Below are positions 49,076-59,133 of a DNA stretch of 64,000 nt, piece after piece (the stretch's first letter is position 1; the number at the start of each line of letters is the position of its first letter). Source of the stretch: Planctomycetota bacterium (GTDB lineage Bacteria > Planctomycetota > UBA8108 > SXIK01); the NCBI GenBank assembly GCA_965223845.1, contig CBDCXR010000004.1:2880001-2944000 (forward strand), given 5' to 3'. The notes under the pieces are model-generated. The model saw nothing but the letters and a program-made list of their open reading frames with translations, did no database searches and was not told where the DNA came from. The position numbers and the translations under genes were made by a program.

Positions 49076-50143
49076 TCACCAGTCGGGGCGAGTCGTTTTC
49101 AGCTCGACCGCGAGCTCCGGACGAAGCGCGGCACCACCGCCGACGAACACCGCCGCGGCTCCCGCGGCGAAGAACGGTCCTGCGTCCTCGGCGCGGAGGA
49201 CGCCTCCGACCGCGAGCGTCTGAACGTTCAAGCCGAGGCGCCGCGAGCACTCCACCGCGCCGCGAACATTGTCGAGCGCTGGCTCGCCGACCCCGCACCC
49301 GATGATCCCCGCGCGTTCGTGCCCCGGAAACGCGGGTAGACCGTCGGCCGTGTGCACCCGGCGCGCGACTCCGTTCACGATGACGACTCCGTCCGCGGCG
49401 CCGTCCACCGCACGGTAGAAAGCTTCGAGGCGCTTCGGATCCGCGAAGTGACCCGCCTTGATGAGGAGAGGCGTCGACGGGAGCGCGTCGCGAAGCGCAA
49501 GCGTGAGCAGTCCGCTCGACTCAGCGCTTTGGTAGATGCTCCCCTCCGCCGAGCAGACATTCGGACAGGAGTAGTTCGCCTCGACGATGTCCGCCCCCGC
49601 CGCCGCGGCTCGTCGCGCACAGTCGACGTAGTCCGCGACGAGTGCATCGAATCCGCCGTCACCGGGGGTGCCGACGACGCTCACGATGAGGACTTGGCCC
49701 GCACCGAGAGCCGCCTTCGCTCGCCCGACGTCTCGCGCCCACTCTTCGGGTGGCATCGACGGCATCCCGAAGCACACCGACGACGTTGTCCGAAGCGGAT
49801 CGCGAGGCGCGCGAGCGCTCACGACGAGCGGGACGTCCGCATCCGCGGCTCCGAGCCCCTCGGGAGGGAGGTCGACGTATACCCAGTTCGGCAGCGGATA
49901 ACAGGGCCGAGCCGCGCTCCGCACCGATTTGTATGTGAGGAGGTCGAATCCCCAACGAGCGTAACGCTCCACCCAGCGCGAGTTGAGGAGGATGCCCGCG
50001 GCGATCCCGAATCGGGAGGCGACCGAGAACCCGAAAAAGTCCTTTCGCGGCGTCTCCGGGACAGAGGGCGCCTCATCGGGAAGCTGCGGTCCGTTCTTGT
50101 AGTTCCAGAGGTAGCTGCGATCTCGCCGGTAGGAATTGGGCAT
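49076..50143 (-). CDS. Dihydroorotate dehydrogenase-like FMN oxidoreductase
   Basis: FGIAAG, TYKSVRS, EANYSCPN, LAVGGV. Confidence 0.75.
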   Translation of the reverse strand: MPNSYRRDRSYLWNYKNGPQLPDEAPSVPETPRKDFFGFSVASRFGIAAGILLNSRWVERYARWGFDLLTYKSVRSAARPCYPLPNWVYVDLPPEGLGAADADVPLVVSARAPRDPLRTTSSVCFGMPSMPPEEWARDVGRAKAALGAGQVLIVSVVGTPGDGGFDALVADYVDCARRAAAAGADIVEANYSCPNVCSAEGSIYQSAESSGLLTLALRDALPSTPLLIKAGHFADPKRLEAFYRAVDGAADGVVIVNGVARRVHTADGLPAFPGHERAGIIGCGVGEPALDNVRGAVECSRRLGLNVQTLAVGGVLRAEDAGPFFAAGAAAVFVGGGAALRPELAVELKTTRPDW

Positions 50144-50266
50144 CGAGCTGGGAGCTACGCGGCGGGTTCGGGCGTTTCGGTACTCGCTCCCGTTCCCTCT
50201 CGAGTCCTCCCCCCGCAGGGTTCGGGGACAGGGAATGGGAACGGGAACAGGTACTGGTACGGGAAC

Positions 50267-50722
50267 CTACTTATGGGGCCGGTGACAGCCGCCACAGCTC
50301 TTGCGGACGACTCCGGCCTGCGCCTTCGCGGCCGATTTCTTCTTCGACTTGATCGCGGCCGCCAGCTTCGTGAGGTTTTCCGTGTACTTCTTACACTGAG
50401 CCTTCCACGAGGCGACTTCACCCTTCCGCGGCTTCGACTTCGTCATCTCTTTCGAGAGAAAGAGCATCACGTTCGCCTGCGCGAGCGCTCGCTCCCAGGC
50501 TTCGTCGTCGGGTTCCTCGAGGAGGGCCTGCGTCCCGGCGAAGAGACCCGCCTTCCCTTTATTGACGACGACCATGACATCGTGAGCGGTCAGAGTCGGC
50601 TCGGCGGCGGCCGCCGTTCCCCCGGCGGTACTCGTCCATGCGGATTCGACGAATACAGCGGCGAGGGCGATCACCGCTACGATCGGCGCGGCTGCGAACC
50701 AGCTCTTCGAACATCTGCTCAT
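50267..50722 (-). CDS. Class II cytochrome c (cytochrome c'-like)
   Basis: Signal peptide, helical body, C-terminal CGGCH heme motif. Confidence 0.8.
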   Translation of the reverse strand: MSRCSKSWFAAAPIVAVIALAAVFVESAWTSTAGGTAAAAEPTLTAHDVMVVVNKGKAGLFAGTQALLEEPDDEAWERALAQANVMLFLSKEMTKSKPRKGEVASWKAQCKKYTENLTKLAAAIKSKKKSAAKAQAGVVRKSCGGCHRPHK

Positions 50723-50887
50723 GAAGTCTCTCCCTAGCGTTTTCGCGTCCCTCGATGCATCGCCATCCGGCCGTTCCGACGCGGAACGGGCCGCGGTGGT
50801 TCTGTTTCGACCCAATCCGGCCCCACCCATCCTACACAAACTTCACGGTTCGCGTAGCGAACGGCGGGCGGAACCGGGTGCGAATCG

Positions 50888-52342
50888 TCATGATTCGCCG
50901 AGGCGCGCATCCGAGGGCGGTGTCCGAACGACCATGAGTCGCACTTCGGTCATGTCTTCCATCGCCCAGCGCACGCCCTCGCGACCGAGTCCGCTATCCT
51001 TCACCCCGCCGTAGGGCATCGCATCCGCGCGCCAGGAAGGAACGTCGCCGATGACGACTCCGCCGACGTCGAGTCGATCCCAAGCGCGGTGGGCGCGGTA
51101 CAGATCTCGCGTGAAGACTCCGGTCTGAAGTCCGAAGGTGCTGTCGTTCACCTCCGCGAGCGCGGCATCGAAGTCGCGGAACGAGGAGAGCACGGCGACC
51201 GGTCCGAACGCCTCGGCGGTACAGATTTTCTGATCGCGCGGCACGTTCTCGAGCAGCGTCGCCTCGAGCATGGCGCCCTCTCTCACACCACCGCAGAGTA
51301 CCGTTCCACCGGCGCCCTCGGCCGCGCGGATCCACTCCTCGAGGCGAGTCGCCTCGCGCTCCGAGATGAGAGGACCGATGAACGTTTCGGGGTCCTTCGG
51401 GTCGCCCATCCTGAGTTTCTTCGTGGCCGCGACGAGCCGGGCTCTCAGATCCCCGTAGATCCGTTCGTGCGCGAGGATGCGCTGAACGCCGATGCAGCTC
51501 TGTCCGGACTGGTAGAACGCGCCAAAGACGATCCGATCGACCGCGTCGCTGAGGTCGGTGTCCTCGTCGACGATGCAGGCCGCGTTTCCACCGAGCTCGA
51601 GGACGACTTTTTTTCGCCCGGCTTTCGCCTTCAATTCCCAGCCGACCGACGGTGACCCAGTGAAACTGAGGAGCTTGAGTCGCTCGTCCTCGGTGAAGAG
51701 ACGCGCTCCGCCTCGACGGCACGGAAGAATCGAGAACGCCCCTGGTGGGAGGTCCGTCTCGGCAAGGATCTCACCGATGATGAGCGCGCCGAGCGGAGTC
51801 GCGCTCGCCGGCTTGAGCACGAACGGGCAGCCGACCGCCAGAGCCGGCGCGATCTTGTGCGCGGCGAGATTGAGGGGGAAATTGAACGGGGAGATGAACG
51901 AACAGGGCCCCACCGGCACGCGCTTCCAGAGTCCGATGTACCCCTCCGTACGCGGAGTACGATCGAGGGGAAGCACCTCGCCCACAATCCGGACCGACTC
52001 TTCGGCGGCGATGCGAAAGGTATCGATCAGGCGGCCGACTTCTCCGCGGCTGTCCTTGATCGGCTTACCCGCCTCGATGCAGAGTGTGACCGCGAGCTCC
52101 TCGGAGCGCTCCTCGAAGCGGCGCACGCAGTGTTCGAGGGCCGACTGACGACGATGCGCCGGAAGGCGTGCCATCGGTTCGGACGCGTCGACCGCGAGTG
52201 CAATCGCCCGATCGATCGCGGCTTCGTCGGCGAGCGCGACGCGAGTCGCGAGACGCCCCGAGTACTTGTCGATCACCTCGAGGTCGCGATTCGGGGAGCA
52301 GGCCTCGCCTCCCAGGTAGTAGGGATAAGATTCGCGGAGCAT
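50888..52342 (-). CDS. Aldehyde dehydrogenase
   Basis: ISPFNFPLNL, SFTGS, LELGGN, GQSCI, EAFGP, PYGGVKDSGLGREG. Confidence 0.95.
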   Translation of the reverse strand: MLRESYPYYLGGEACSPNRDLEVIDKYSGRLATRVALADEAAIDRAIALAVDASEPMARLPAHRRQSALEHCVRRFEERSEELAVTLCIEAGKPIKDSRGEVGRLIDTFRIAAEESVRIVGEVLPLDRTPRTEGYIGLWKRVPVGPCSFISPFNFPLNLAAHKIAPALAVGCPFVLKPASATPLGALIIGEILAETDLPPGAFSILPCRRGGARLFTEDERLKLLSFTGSPSVGWELKAKAGRKKVVLELGGNAACIVDEDTDLSDAVDRIVFGAFYQSGQSCIGVQRILAHERIYGDLRARLVAATKKLRMGDPKDPETFIGPLISEREATRLEEWIRAAEGAGGTVLCGGVREGAMLEATLLENVPRDQKICTAEAFGPVAVLSSFRDFDAALAEVNDSTFGLQTGVFTRDLYRAHRAWDRLDVGGVVIGDVPSWRADAMPYGGVKDSGLGREGVRWAMEDMTEVRLMVVRTPPSDARLGES

Positions 52343-52365
52343 CAGTTTCTCCTGGCGAGCTCAGC

Positions 52366-53124
52366 TCAAAGCGTGACCGAAAAACGAGAGAGGCGCTGCT
52401 GCTTCCCGTAGTTGCCGGTGACGTCCACCATATCGCCGTGATGTCCCTTGCCGTACCGCCGGAGCCATTCCTGCGTGCGGTAGAAGTAGGCCTCGAACTC
52501 CGTCGGGCTCATTTCGCGCGCAGCGTAGTCTGCCCGCTGAACCGTGAAGATCCGACACAGCGGGTCCCCGGCCGAGATCCGGACGTGATCGCGACCGGCG
52601 TCGAGTTCGATCACGCAGTGCCAAGGATAGGACGCGGGATACCAGTCAGTATCGACGAGCGCGGAGATCACGCGGAACGGTCGCGAAAGATTGGGAATGT
52701 CCGCAAAGAAGAGAAGCTCGTTGTCGCCGGTCGCAAGAAAGAGATACGTCGAGATCTTGACCTGATTTCGGATCTCTTCGTAGACCTCGGGCGAAATCGC
52801 GTGCGGCAAGGTTTGGTCCTTGTCCCAGAACCAGGCGTTGCGCTGAACGAGCGGAGCTCCTTCGCCGTCGTCCGTCTCGGCCTCGGGCGCTGCGTACGCC
52901 CAATCGCTTTCGAGGTCGACTGGCGACTCGATGCGCCACCCCCCGTCGGAGCTCCGGTGGAAGTCCATGTCGAACGCCGCCGAGACGTCCCAGCCAAACG
53001 CGTTCGCCGCGCGCACGGGCGGACACTCCTCGGGCCAGCCGCGGCCGGGACCACGCTTCTCGTAGACCGCACGCGCCGGAGTCGGCGCGGGGACTTCGGC
53101 CGAAAATCGATAAAACCTGAGCAT
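52366..53124 (-). CDS. DUF6065-like hypothetical protein
   Basis: CPPVRAANAFGWD and ALVDTDWYP..W motifs resemble DUF6065. Confidence 0.55.
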   Translation of the reverse strand: MLRFYRFSAEVPAPTPARAVYEKRGPGRGWPEECPPVRAANAFGWDVSAAFDMDFHRSSDGGWRIESPVDLESDWAYAAPEAETDDGEGAPLVQRNAWFWDKDQTLPHAISPEVYEEIRNQVKISTYLFLATGDNELLFFADIPNLSRPFRVISALVDTDWYPASYPWHCVIELDAGRDHVRISAGDPLCRIFTVQRADYAAREMSPTEFEAYFYRTQEWLRRYGKGHHGDMVDVTGNYGKQQRLSRFSVTL

Positions 53125-53233
53125 GTCAACCGGGCTCCTCCCGGAGCGACTCTAACCCGGAGCTCTCACCAGATTCCACTCCGGCGGCCCACCCGCGCGC
53201 TCGCCTGAACGTCTCGCCGCACGCCGCCGGGAT

Positions 53234-54613
53234 TCATTCGACGCGCCACCACCCGACCTTCAGATACTGGCTCTCGGGGCAGTTCGCCATCACCGGATGA
53301 TCGGCGCCCGCACCGGAAGATCCGAGCGATTGCAGCCGTCGATTCTCCCGGTGCGCCGCTCCGATCACGAGCTGCTCGAAGCGATCGGCGTCGAGCGCTC
53401 CCGAGCAGGAACACGTGACGAAGAGACCGCCCGGCGCGGTGACCGAGAGGGCGAGCCGATTGAGATCACGGTAGCGCTTCGCCCCCTCCTCGATCTCGCT
53501 TCGTCCCGCGATGAACTTCGGCGGATCGACCACGACGGTCTCGAACGTCCGCCCGTTCCGCTGCATCTGACGGAGGTAAGAAAATGCGTCCGAGTGCACC
53601 CATTTCGCTCGCACCTGATTGAGATTCGCGTTGTGTCGCGCCTGGTCGATGGCGAGCTCGTCGAGATCGACTCCGACGACCTCGCGGGCGCCGCCATGCA
53701 CGAGGGCGGAGATAGCGAACCCACCGGTGTAGCAGCACACGTCGAGCACGCTCCGCCCGCGCGCGAGCTCGGCGAAGCGGCGCCGATTCTCGCGTTGATC
53801 GCAAAAGAACCCGGTCTTGTGACCGCGCTCGAAATCGACCGCGAAACGGACGCCGTGCTCGCGGATCCGGAGCGCACGAACCGTCGGCGCGACGGGCGCG
53901 GGATCGAATCCCTCGCGGGATCGTACCTTGGCGTCGACGTGGACGAAGTGACGCGTCGTGCCGAGCTTCGCGTGGAGAAACGGCATCCACTCCTCGACGC
54001 GCCGGTGGACACCGAGGCTGAAGACCTCGACGCTGAGGAGATCCGCGAATCGATCGACGACGAGCCCGCTGAGGCCGTCGCCTTCAGAATGGACGACGCG
54101 ATAGGCGTCGGTGACTTCATCGAGCTTGAGGAGGTCGCGACGGAGCGCAGCGGCTCTCGCAAGAACGTTGCGAAAAAACGCGGTGTCGACCGGGGACTCG
54201 CCGAGCGCGAGCATCCGCAGTCGAATCTCCGAACGCGGGTTGTAGAACGCCGAGCCGAACCGCTCACCCGAGCGCCCGTAGACGTTCACGATGTCCCCAG
54301 GGGCCGCTCCTGGAGACACGCGCCCCACCATTCGTCGATAGACGAACGGATGGTAGGTGTGAGCGCGCAGCTGGACCCAGGGCTCGATCCACTCCGGGCG
54401 CGGATCGGCCGGGGCCGGCGGTGAGGGCGCATCGGCGGTGCGCCGCGCCGCGCTGCGACGGATGCGCGGCTCGAACCGCGACTCACGGTCGATCGGACGA
54501 CGCGGACGGTCGCCGGGACGCGCGGCGTGCGGACGCGATCGGCGGTCCTCGGTTCGCGATCCGCCTCGCGCGGGTCGCCGTCTCTCGGGTTGGTGCTGCG
54601 GACTGTCCGTCAC
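53234..54613 (-). CDS. Class I SAM-dependent rRNA methyltransferase (RlmI-like, PUA domain)
   Basis: HPFVY, HSEGDGLSGLVVDRF, GHKTGFFCDQRENR, VDPPKF, TCSCS. Confidence 0.9.
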   Translation of the reverse strand: MTDSPQHQPERRRPARGGSRTEDRRSRPHAARPGDRPRRPIDRESRFEPRIRRSAARRTADAPSPPAPADPRPEWIEPWVQLRAHTYHPFVYRRMVGRVSPGAAPGDIVNVYGRSGERFGSAFYNPRSEIRLRMLALGESPVDTAFFRNVLARAAALRRDLLKLDEVTDAYRVVHSEGDGLSGLVVDRFADLLSVEVFSLGVHRRVEEWMPFLHAKLGTTRHFVHVDAKVRSREGFDPAPVAPTVRALRIREHGVRFAVDFERGHKTGFFCDQRENRRRFAELARGRSVLDVCCYTGGFAISALVHGGAREVVGVDLDELAIDQARHNANLNQVRAKWVHSDAFSYLRQMQRNGRTFETVVVDPPKFIAGRSEIEEGAKRYRDLNRLALSVTAPGGLFVTCSCSGALDADRFEQLVIGAAHRENRRLQSLGSSGAGADHPVMANCPESQYLKVGWWRVE

Positions 54614-54824
54614 CGCGGCCGTCTCTCTCGAACTCCCACCAAAAAAACAGGAGGCAGCACCGTCGACCCACGTTCCGACGTCGCGGTGCTACCTCCCGGG
54701 AGAATTCGCTTCTCCCTTCTCTCTTTCTATCAGAAGCCAACGTACCGCGTCTCGGCGATCCGCAAAAGAAGCGTTTTCCACGGTTTCTCGCTGCGATCTC
54801 CGCGCGGTGGCAAACATGAGGCGA

Positions 54825-55889
54825 TCAAGTCCGCGACGCCGTCTCGAAACTAAGGGCGTCCCGGAGAATCTCGAGCACCGACTCGACCCACACTTCCGAG
54901 CTGTTCAGCGAAGGCACGAGTCGCAGCTCCTCGCCGCCGGCCGCGAGAAAGTCCTCTCGCGCTCGCATCTCGAGCTCCTCGAGAGTCTCGAGGCAGTCGG
55001 CTGTGAACGCGGGCGAGAGCACCGCGACCTTCTTCACCCCTTCGCGCGGCATCGCAGTGATCCGCTCGTCGGTGTACGGCCGAATCCAAGGATCCCGTCC
55101 GAGTCGAGACTGAAACGCGACCTCCCAAGCATCATCCGCGAGTTCGAGCGCGGCGGCGAGCGCGCGCGACGTGGCAAAACACTGCGCGCGGTAACAGTTC
55201 CGATTCGCCTGAACGAGCGCCTCGCAGCAATCCGCCCGCTGGAGGCAGTGCCGGCCGCCCGTCGCGTCGCTCTTCGTGCAGTGACGTTCGGGAAGCCCGT
55301 GGTAGCTGAGGAGGATCCGATCGGGACGAGCCTCCTCGATCACGGGGCGAGCGATCGCTGCGAACGCGCGAATGAACGCGGGGTGATCGTAGTACGGCGG
55401 AACGACGCTGAGGGCCGGAACGTCCCACGCCGCGCGGGCTTGGTTCCAAAGGTGCTCGACCGCCGATCCCCAGGCCGAGGATGAGTTGTGCGGAAAGAGC
55501 GGAAACACCGCGATTCGGTCGATCCCCGCCTCGCGCAGGCGCGCGAGCGCCGACCCGATCGACGGGTTTTGGTAGCGCATCCCAAGCTCGACCGGAATGT
55601 CGGGACCGAGGCGCTCGCGAAGCTTCGCGCAGAGATCGAGGCCGTGAAAGAGGAGGGGAGAGCCGCGTTCGGTCCAGACCTTCGAGTACGCCTCCGCCGA
55701 CGCCCGCGGGCGGAAGGGAAGGATAAATAGGTTCAGGATGAGCGCGCGCTTGACCGCCCCGATGTCGAGCACGCGAGGGTCGGAGAGAAACTCGCGCAGG
55801 TAGCGCCGGACCTCGGGCACGCGCGGCGCGTCCGGGGTCCCGAGATTGATGACGAGGAGTCCCCAGCGATCGGTCGCCCGTCCGTCCAC
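54825..55889 (-). CDS. hemH: Ferrochelatase
   Basis: GLLVINLGTP, YLREFLSDPRV, LGMRY, SYHGLP, FQSRLG..PWI.PYT, FTADCLETLEEL. Start inferred (GTG). Confidence 0.93.
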   Translation of the reverse strand: MDGRATDRWGLLVINLGTPDAPRVPEVRRYLREFLSDPRVLDIGAVKRALILNLFILPFRPRASAEAYSKVWTERGSPLLFHGLDLCAKLRERLGPDIPVELGMRYQNPSIGSALARLREAGIDRIAVFPLFPHNSSSAWGSAVEHLWNQARAAWDVPALSVVPPYYDHPAFIRAFAAIARPVIEEARPDRILLSYHGLPERHCTKSDATGGRHCLQRADCCEALVQANRNCYRAQCFATSRALAAALELADDAWEVAFQSRLGRDPWIRPYTDERITAMPREGVKKVAVLSPAFTADCLETLEELEMRAREDFLAAGGEELRLVPSLNSSEVWVESVLEILRDALSFETASRT

Positions 55890-56121
55890 TCTGTCTTGCC
55901 GAAGCCTCTTCCTGCGACTCTCGCGACCGGGACCCGGTTCGTTCGACGCCGTCGGCCGGGTCGCCGCGGGCCGCGATCCTACCAGGATCGTTCCGGAAGG
56001 GGTAGCTCGCCCGGCGGACGAGGTCTCCCGTTCTCGAGTGAGCCGATTTCGGGTCGACCGCGCCGTAACAAATCGCGACGCTCGCTGGAGAAGTGCGCCG
56101 AACGGGGTAAGATCGGCGCGC

Positions 56122-57084
56122 ATGAAAACGGTGATCATCGGGGCTCGTCGGCGCCGGCAGGGTACCGGCCCGTTCGTCGCTCGGGCGTTCGCGGCCGCCG
56201 GAGCGGAGGTGACGGCGGTCGTCGGTTCGACTTCCGCCAACGCCAGGACGGCCGCGCAAGAGCTCGAGAAGGACGCGGGGATCCGCGCGCGCAGCTACGG
56301 CGATGTCGAGGCGGCGCTGGCCGCCGAGCGGCCGGACGCTGTCGCCGTTTGCTCGCCTCTCGAACTTCACGCCGCCCACCTCGAAAATGCCCTAACCCAC
56401 TCCTGTCACTGCCTTTGCGAAAAACCCCTCCAGTGGTTCGACGGAGGAGATCTTCTCTCGAGGACCCGCAGCGTGGTCTCGGGATTCAGGAGCGCGGGGC
56501 TCCACCTAGACGTCCTCACGCAGTGGCCGTATACTCTTCCCGCCTTCGACGAGCTCTATCCCGGCGCGAGGAGCGAAAAGCTCGCGAGCTTCGCGATGCA
56601 CCTCGGGCCGATCACGAGCGGAGCGGCGATGGTGATCGACGCTGCGCCCCACCCGCTCAGCCTTCTCTACGCCCTCGCGGGAGGCGGAACGATTGTGGAC
56701 ACCGACGCGAAATATTTGGATGAAGCAAAATCGGAATTGTGTTTAGATTTTCGCTACTCATACGCTGACGGCGAGGCGGATGTGCGACTCCGCTGCACGA
56801 CGACGGCCCAGCCGCCCCGACCTGCCTCGTACGCCATAAACGGCCGCCCGGTCGAGCGCCGCATCCGGCTCCCGGAGTACGCGATCGAGCTCGAGGCCGC
56901 CGGACGACGAGTCGACGTCAGTGACCCGCTTTTCGGTTTGGTCCGCGATTTCGTGAAGAATGTGGAGACGAGCGCCCCGGTCGACGAGGATCGGCTGGTC
57001 AGTGGCGTCGGGGGGCTCGGAGTTCTTTACGAGGCGGCCCGGAAGGCGGAATCACGGAGAATCGAAGCCGAAGAGAACAGGTAG
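56122..57084 (+). CDS. Gfo/Idh/MocA-family oxidoreductase
   Basis: Rossmann-like N-terminus, DAVAVCSP..LH, CEKPL. Confidence 0.8.
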   Translation: MKTVIIGARRRRQGTGPFVARAFAAAGAEVTAVVGSTSANARTAAQELEKDAGIRARSYGDVEAALAAERPDAVAVCSPLELHAAHLENALTHSCHCLCEKPLQWFDGGDLLSRTRSVVSGFRSAGLHLDVLTQWPYTLPAFDELYPGARSEKLASFAMHLGPITSGAAMVIDAAPHPLSLLYALAGGGTIVDTDAKYLDEAKSELCLDFRYSYADGEADVRLRCTTTAQPPRPASYAINGRPVERRIRLPEYAIELEAAGRRVDVSDPLFGLVRDFVKNVETSAPVDEDRLVSGVGGLGVLYEAARKAESRRIEAEENR

Positions 57085-57183
57085 CGTCGTTCCCTCTGGT
57101 GGACGGATCGCGGGACCTTCGAAGCACGAGGCCCCGCGGTGCGGGTTCGACCGCGGCGCGGCGATTGAGGACGTAGTTCATCC

Positions 57184-58572
57184 ATGAGCAAGATCATCCC
57201 GGTCAAGGTGCTCAACTCGGGCGGCGATCCCGGCGACGACCAGAGCCCCGACGCGGCGGCAAACGGCGCCGCCGACGGCCCCCAGCCCGTCTCACCGACG
57301 GGCGGAGAGCGGCACGTCGAGCTGTCGAGGATCCACGATTTCGCGAGCAAGCTCCTCCAGCCCGAGATCTTCCCGCGCGTGCGCGAGTACGTCCGCTGGC
57401 AGGCGCGTATGCGCGGTGCCGACCTCGGAGGCGACGCGACGATTCGCGACGAGAAGAGCGTCGCCCGCGTTCCGGAGTTCGCGCCGGTGTCGATCAACCT
57501 CGACATCACGACCGCGTGCAACTACGCGTGCGACCACTGCGTCGACATGGACATCCTCAACCAGCCCATCAAGTACGACCACCAGAAGCTGCTCGACAGC
57601 CTCGAGCTGATGGCGGGGAAAGGGCTGCGGTCGGTAATCGTCATCGGCGGCGGCGAGCCGACGGTCTACCCGAAGTTCGGCGAAACCATCCGGTTCATGA
57701 AGGCGCTCGGCCTACAGATCGCCGTCGTTTCCAACGGCTCCGGGATGAAGAAGATCGCGGAGGTCGCCGACTGCCTCGACGAAGCGGACTGGATCCGGCT
57801 CTCACTCGACAGCGCGAGCGACGACGTCTTCCAGCGAATGCACAAGCCGAAGCGTCCGATCTCGCTCGACGAAATCTGCGAAGGCGTCGCGGAGATCAAG
57901 CAGTCCCCGACGCGCTTCCAAATCGGCTTCTCGTTCATCATCACGTGGAAGGGCGCGTTCATCAACGATACGAACATCGTCGAGAACATCGGTGAGATCG
58001 TCGAAGGTGCCGAGCGCGCGCGTCGGTACAAGTTCGATTACATCTCCTACAAGCCCTTTCTCACGCGGGCGCCGAGCAACAACGCCGAAATCGTCGATCT
58101 CACCGAGGCGAAGCACACGAACTTCGACGCGATCGTCGCGCGCATTCGCGCGTCCGTCGACGAGGCGAAAAAACGCGAAACGGACGAGTTCAGCGTCTAC
58201 GAGGCGACGAACCTGAAAGTTCTCGAGAATCGAAGCTACCGGAATTACACGGAGCAGCCGCACAACTGCCACATGCAGTTCTTCCGCCAGGTGCTGAGCC
58301 CGCTCGGCATGTACAACTGCCCGGTCTACCGGAACCAAGGCCACGGCTTCCTCGGAACGAAGGAAGCCTACGCCGACCCACCGACTTTCGACGACACACG
58401 CGCGAAGACGGCGGGCCTCATCGGCTCGTTCGACGCGACGCACGAATGTAGCGAAGTGACGTGCCTCTACAATCACGTCAACTGGTGGTTGGAGGACCTC
58501 GTGCGGAACCCGGAAAAGCTCGACGGGATCGAGCCCTCACCCGTCGGCTCCCTCCCGGACTATTTCCTGTAG
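57184..58572 (+). CDS. Radical SAM protein with C-terminal Cys-containing (SPASM/twitch-like) region
   Basis: CNYACDHC, IGGGEPT, VSNG, RLSLDS, and C-terminal CH...YNCP...C...CLY. Confidence 0.88.
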   Translation: MSKIIPVKVLNSGGDPGDDQSPDAAANGAADGPQPVSPTGGERHVELSRIHDFASKLLQPEIFPRVREYVRWQARMRGADLGGDATIRDEKSVARVPEFAPVSINLDITTACNYACDHCVDMDILNQPIKYDHQKLLDSLELMAGKGLRSVIVIGGGEPTVYPKFGETIRFMKALGLQIAVVSNGSGMKKIAEVADCLDEADWIRLSLDSASDDVFQRMHKPKRPISLDEICEGVAEIKQSPTRFQIGFSFIITWKGAFINDTNIVENIGEIVEGAERARRYKFDYISYKPFLTRAPSNNAEIVDLTEAKHTNFDAIVARIRASVDEAKKRETDEFSVYEATNLKVLENRSYRNYTEQPHNCHMQFFRQVLSPLGMYNCPVYRNQGHGFLGTKEAYADPPTFDDTRAKTAGLIGSFDATHECSEVTCLYNHVNWWLEDLVRNPEKLDGIEPSPVGSLPDYFL

Positions 58573-58605
58573 GCGCTGGGTTTTCGCCGGCAGACGCGGG
58601 ACGCG

Positions 58606-59133
58606 CTACGAGAGCAGCGGCGAGTTCTGCAGCTCGCGGAGCATGTCGGTCGTCGAGTGGTCCTTCGGATCGCCCACGATGGCGACGCGCCCGCCGTAGC
58701 CTTCGACCACCACGCGCTCGGGAATCCTCTCGAGGGTGTAGTCCGTCCCCTTCGTGTGGACGTCCGGTCGGAGCACTCCGAGAATCTCCGCCGGAGTTCG
58801 CTCGTCGAGAGGCACCACGTAATCGACGCATTCGAGCGCGGCTAGGATCTCGTAGCGCTCGACGTCCGGATTCACGGGACGACGGTTCGGCTTGATCGCT
58901 CGCATAGACTCGTCGGTATTCACCGCGAGCACGAGGCGGTCGCCCAGCGCGCGCGCGGCCGTGAGGTAGCGGATGTGGCCGACGTGAAGGAGCTCGAAGC
59001 ATCCGTTCGCGAACACGATGACCTCATCTCGAGCGCGGTGCTCGTCGAGTCGGGCGGCGAGCGCGTGCCGGTCGAGGAAGATCTTCCCTCGCACCGCCGG
59101 CGCCACCGAAGAGAGAAACGTCTTCGGGTCCAT
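58606..59133 (-). CDS. RfaE/HldE-type adenylyl/cytidylyltransferase
   Basis: [33 protein letters not shown]. Confidence 0.9.
   Translation of the reverse strand: MDPKTFLSSVAPAVRGKIFLDRHALAARLDEHRARDEVIVFANGCFELLHVGHIRYLTAARALGDRLVLAVNTDESMRAIKPNRRPVNPDVERYEILAALECVDYVVPLDERTPAEILGVLRPDVHTKGTDYTLERIPERVVVEGYGGRVAIVGDPKDHSTTDMLRELQNSPLLS

Noticed and set aside
48075-49298. N-terminal extension of ORF 46986..49298
   Set aside because: It is antisense to the SDR gene. A signal peptide and RBS support the start at 48074.
50222-50266. GGGAAC/GGTAC hexamer-like run after the cytochrome c gene
   Set aside because: Short, degenerate low-complexity tract with no spacers. It is not a CRISPR array.
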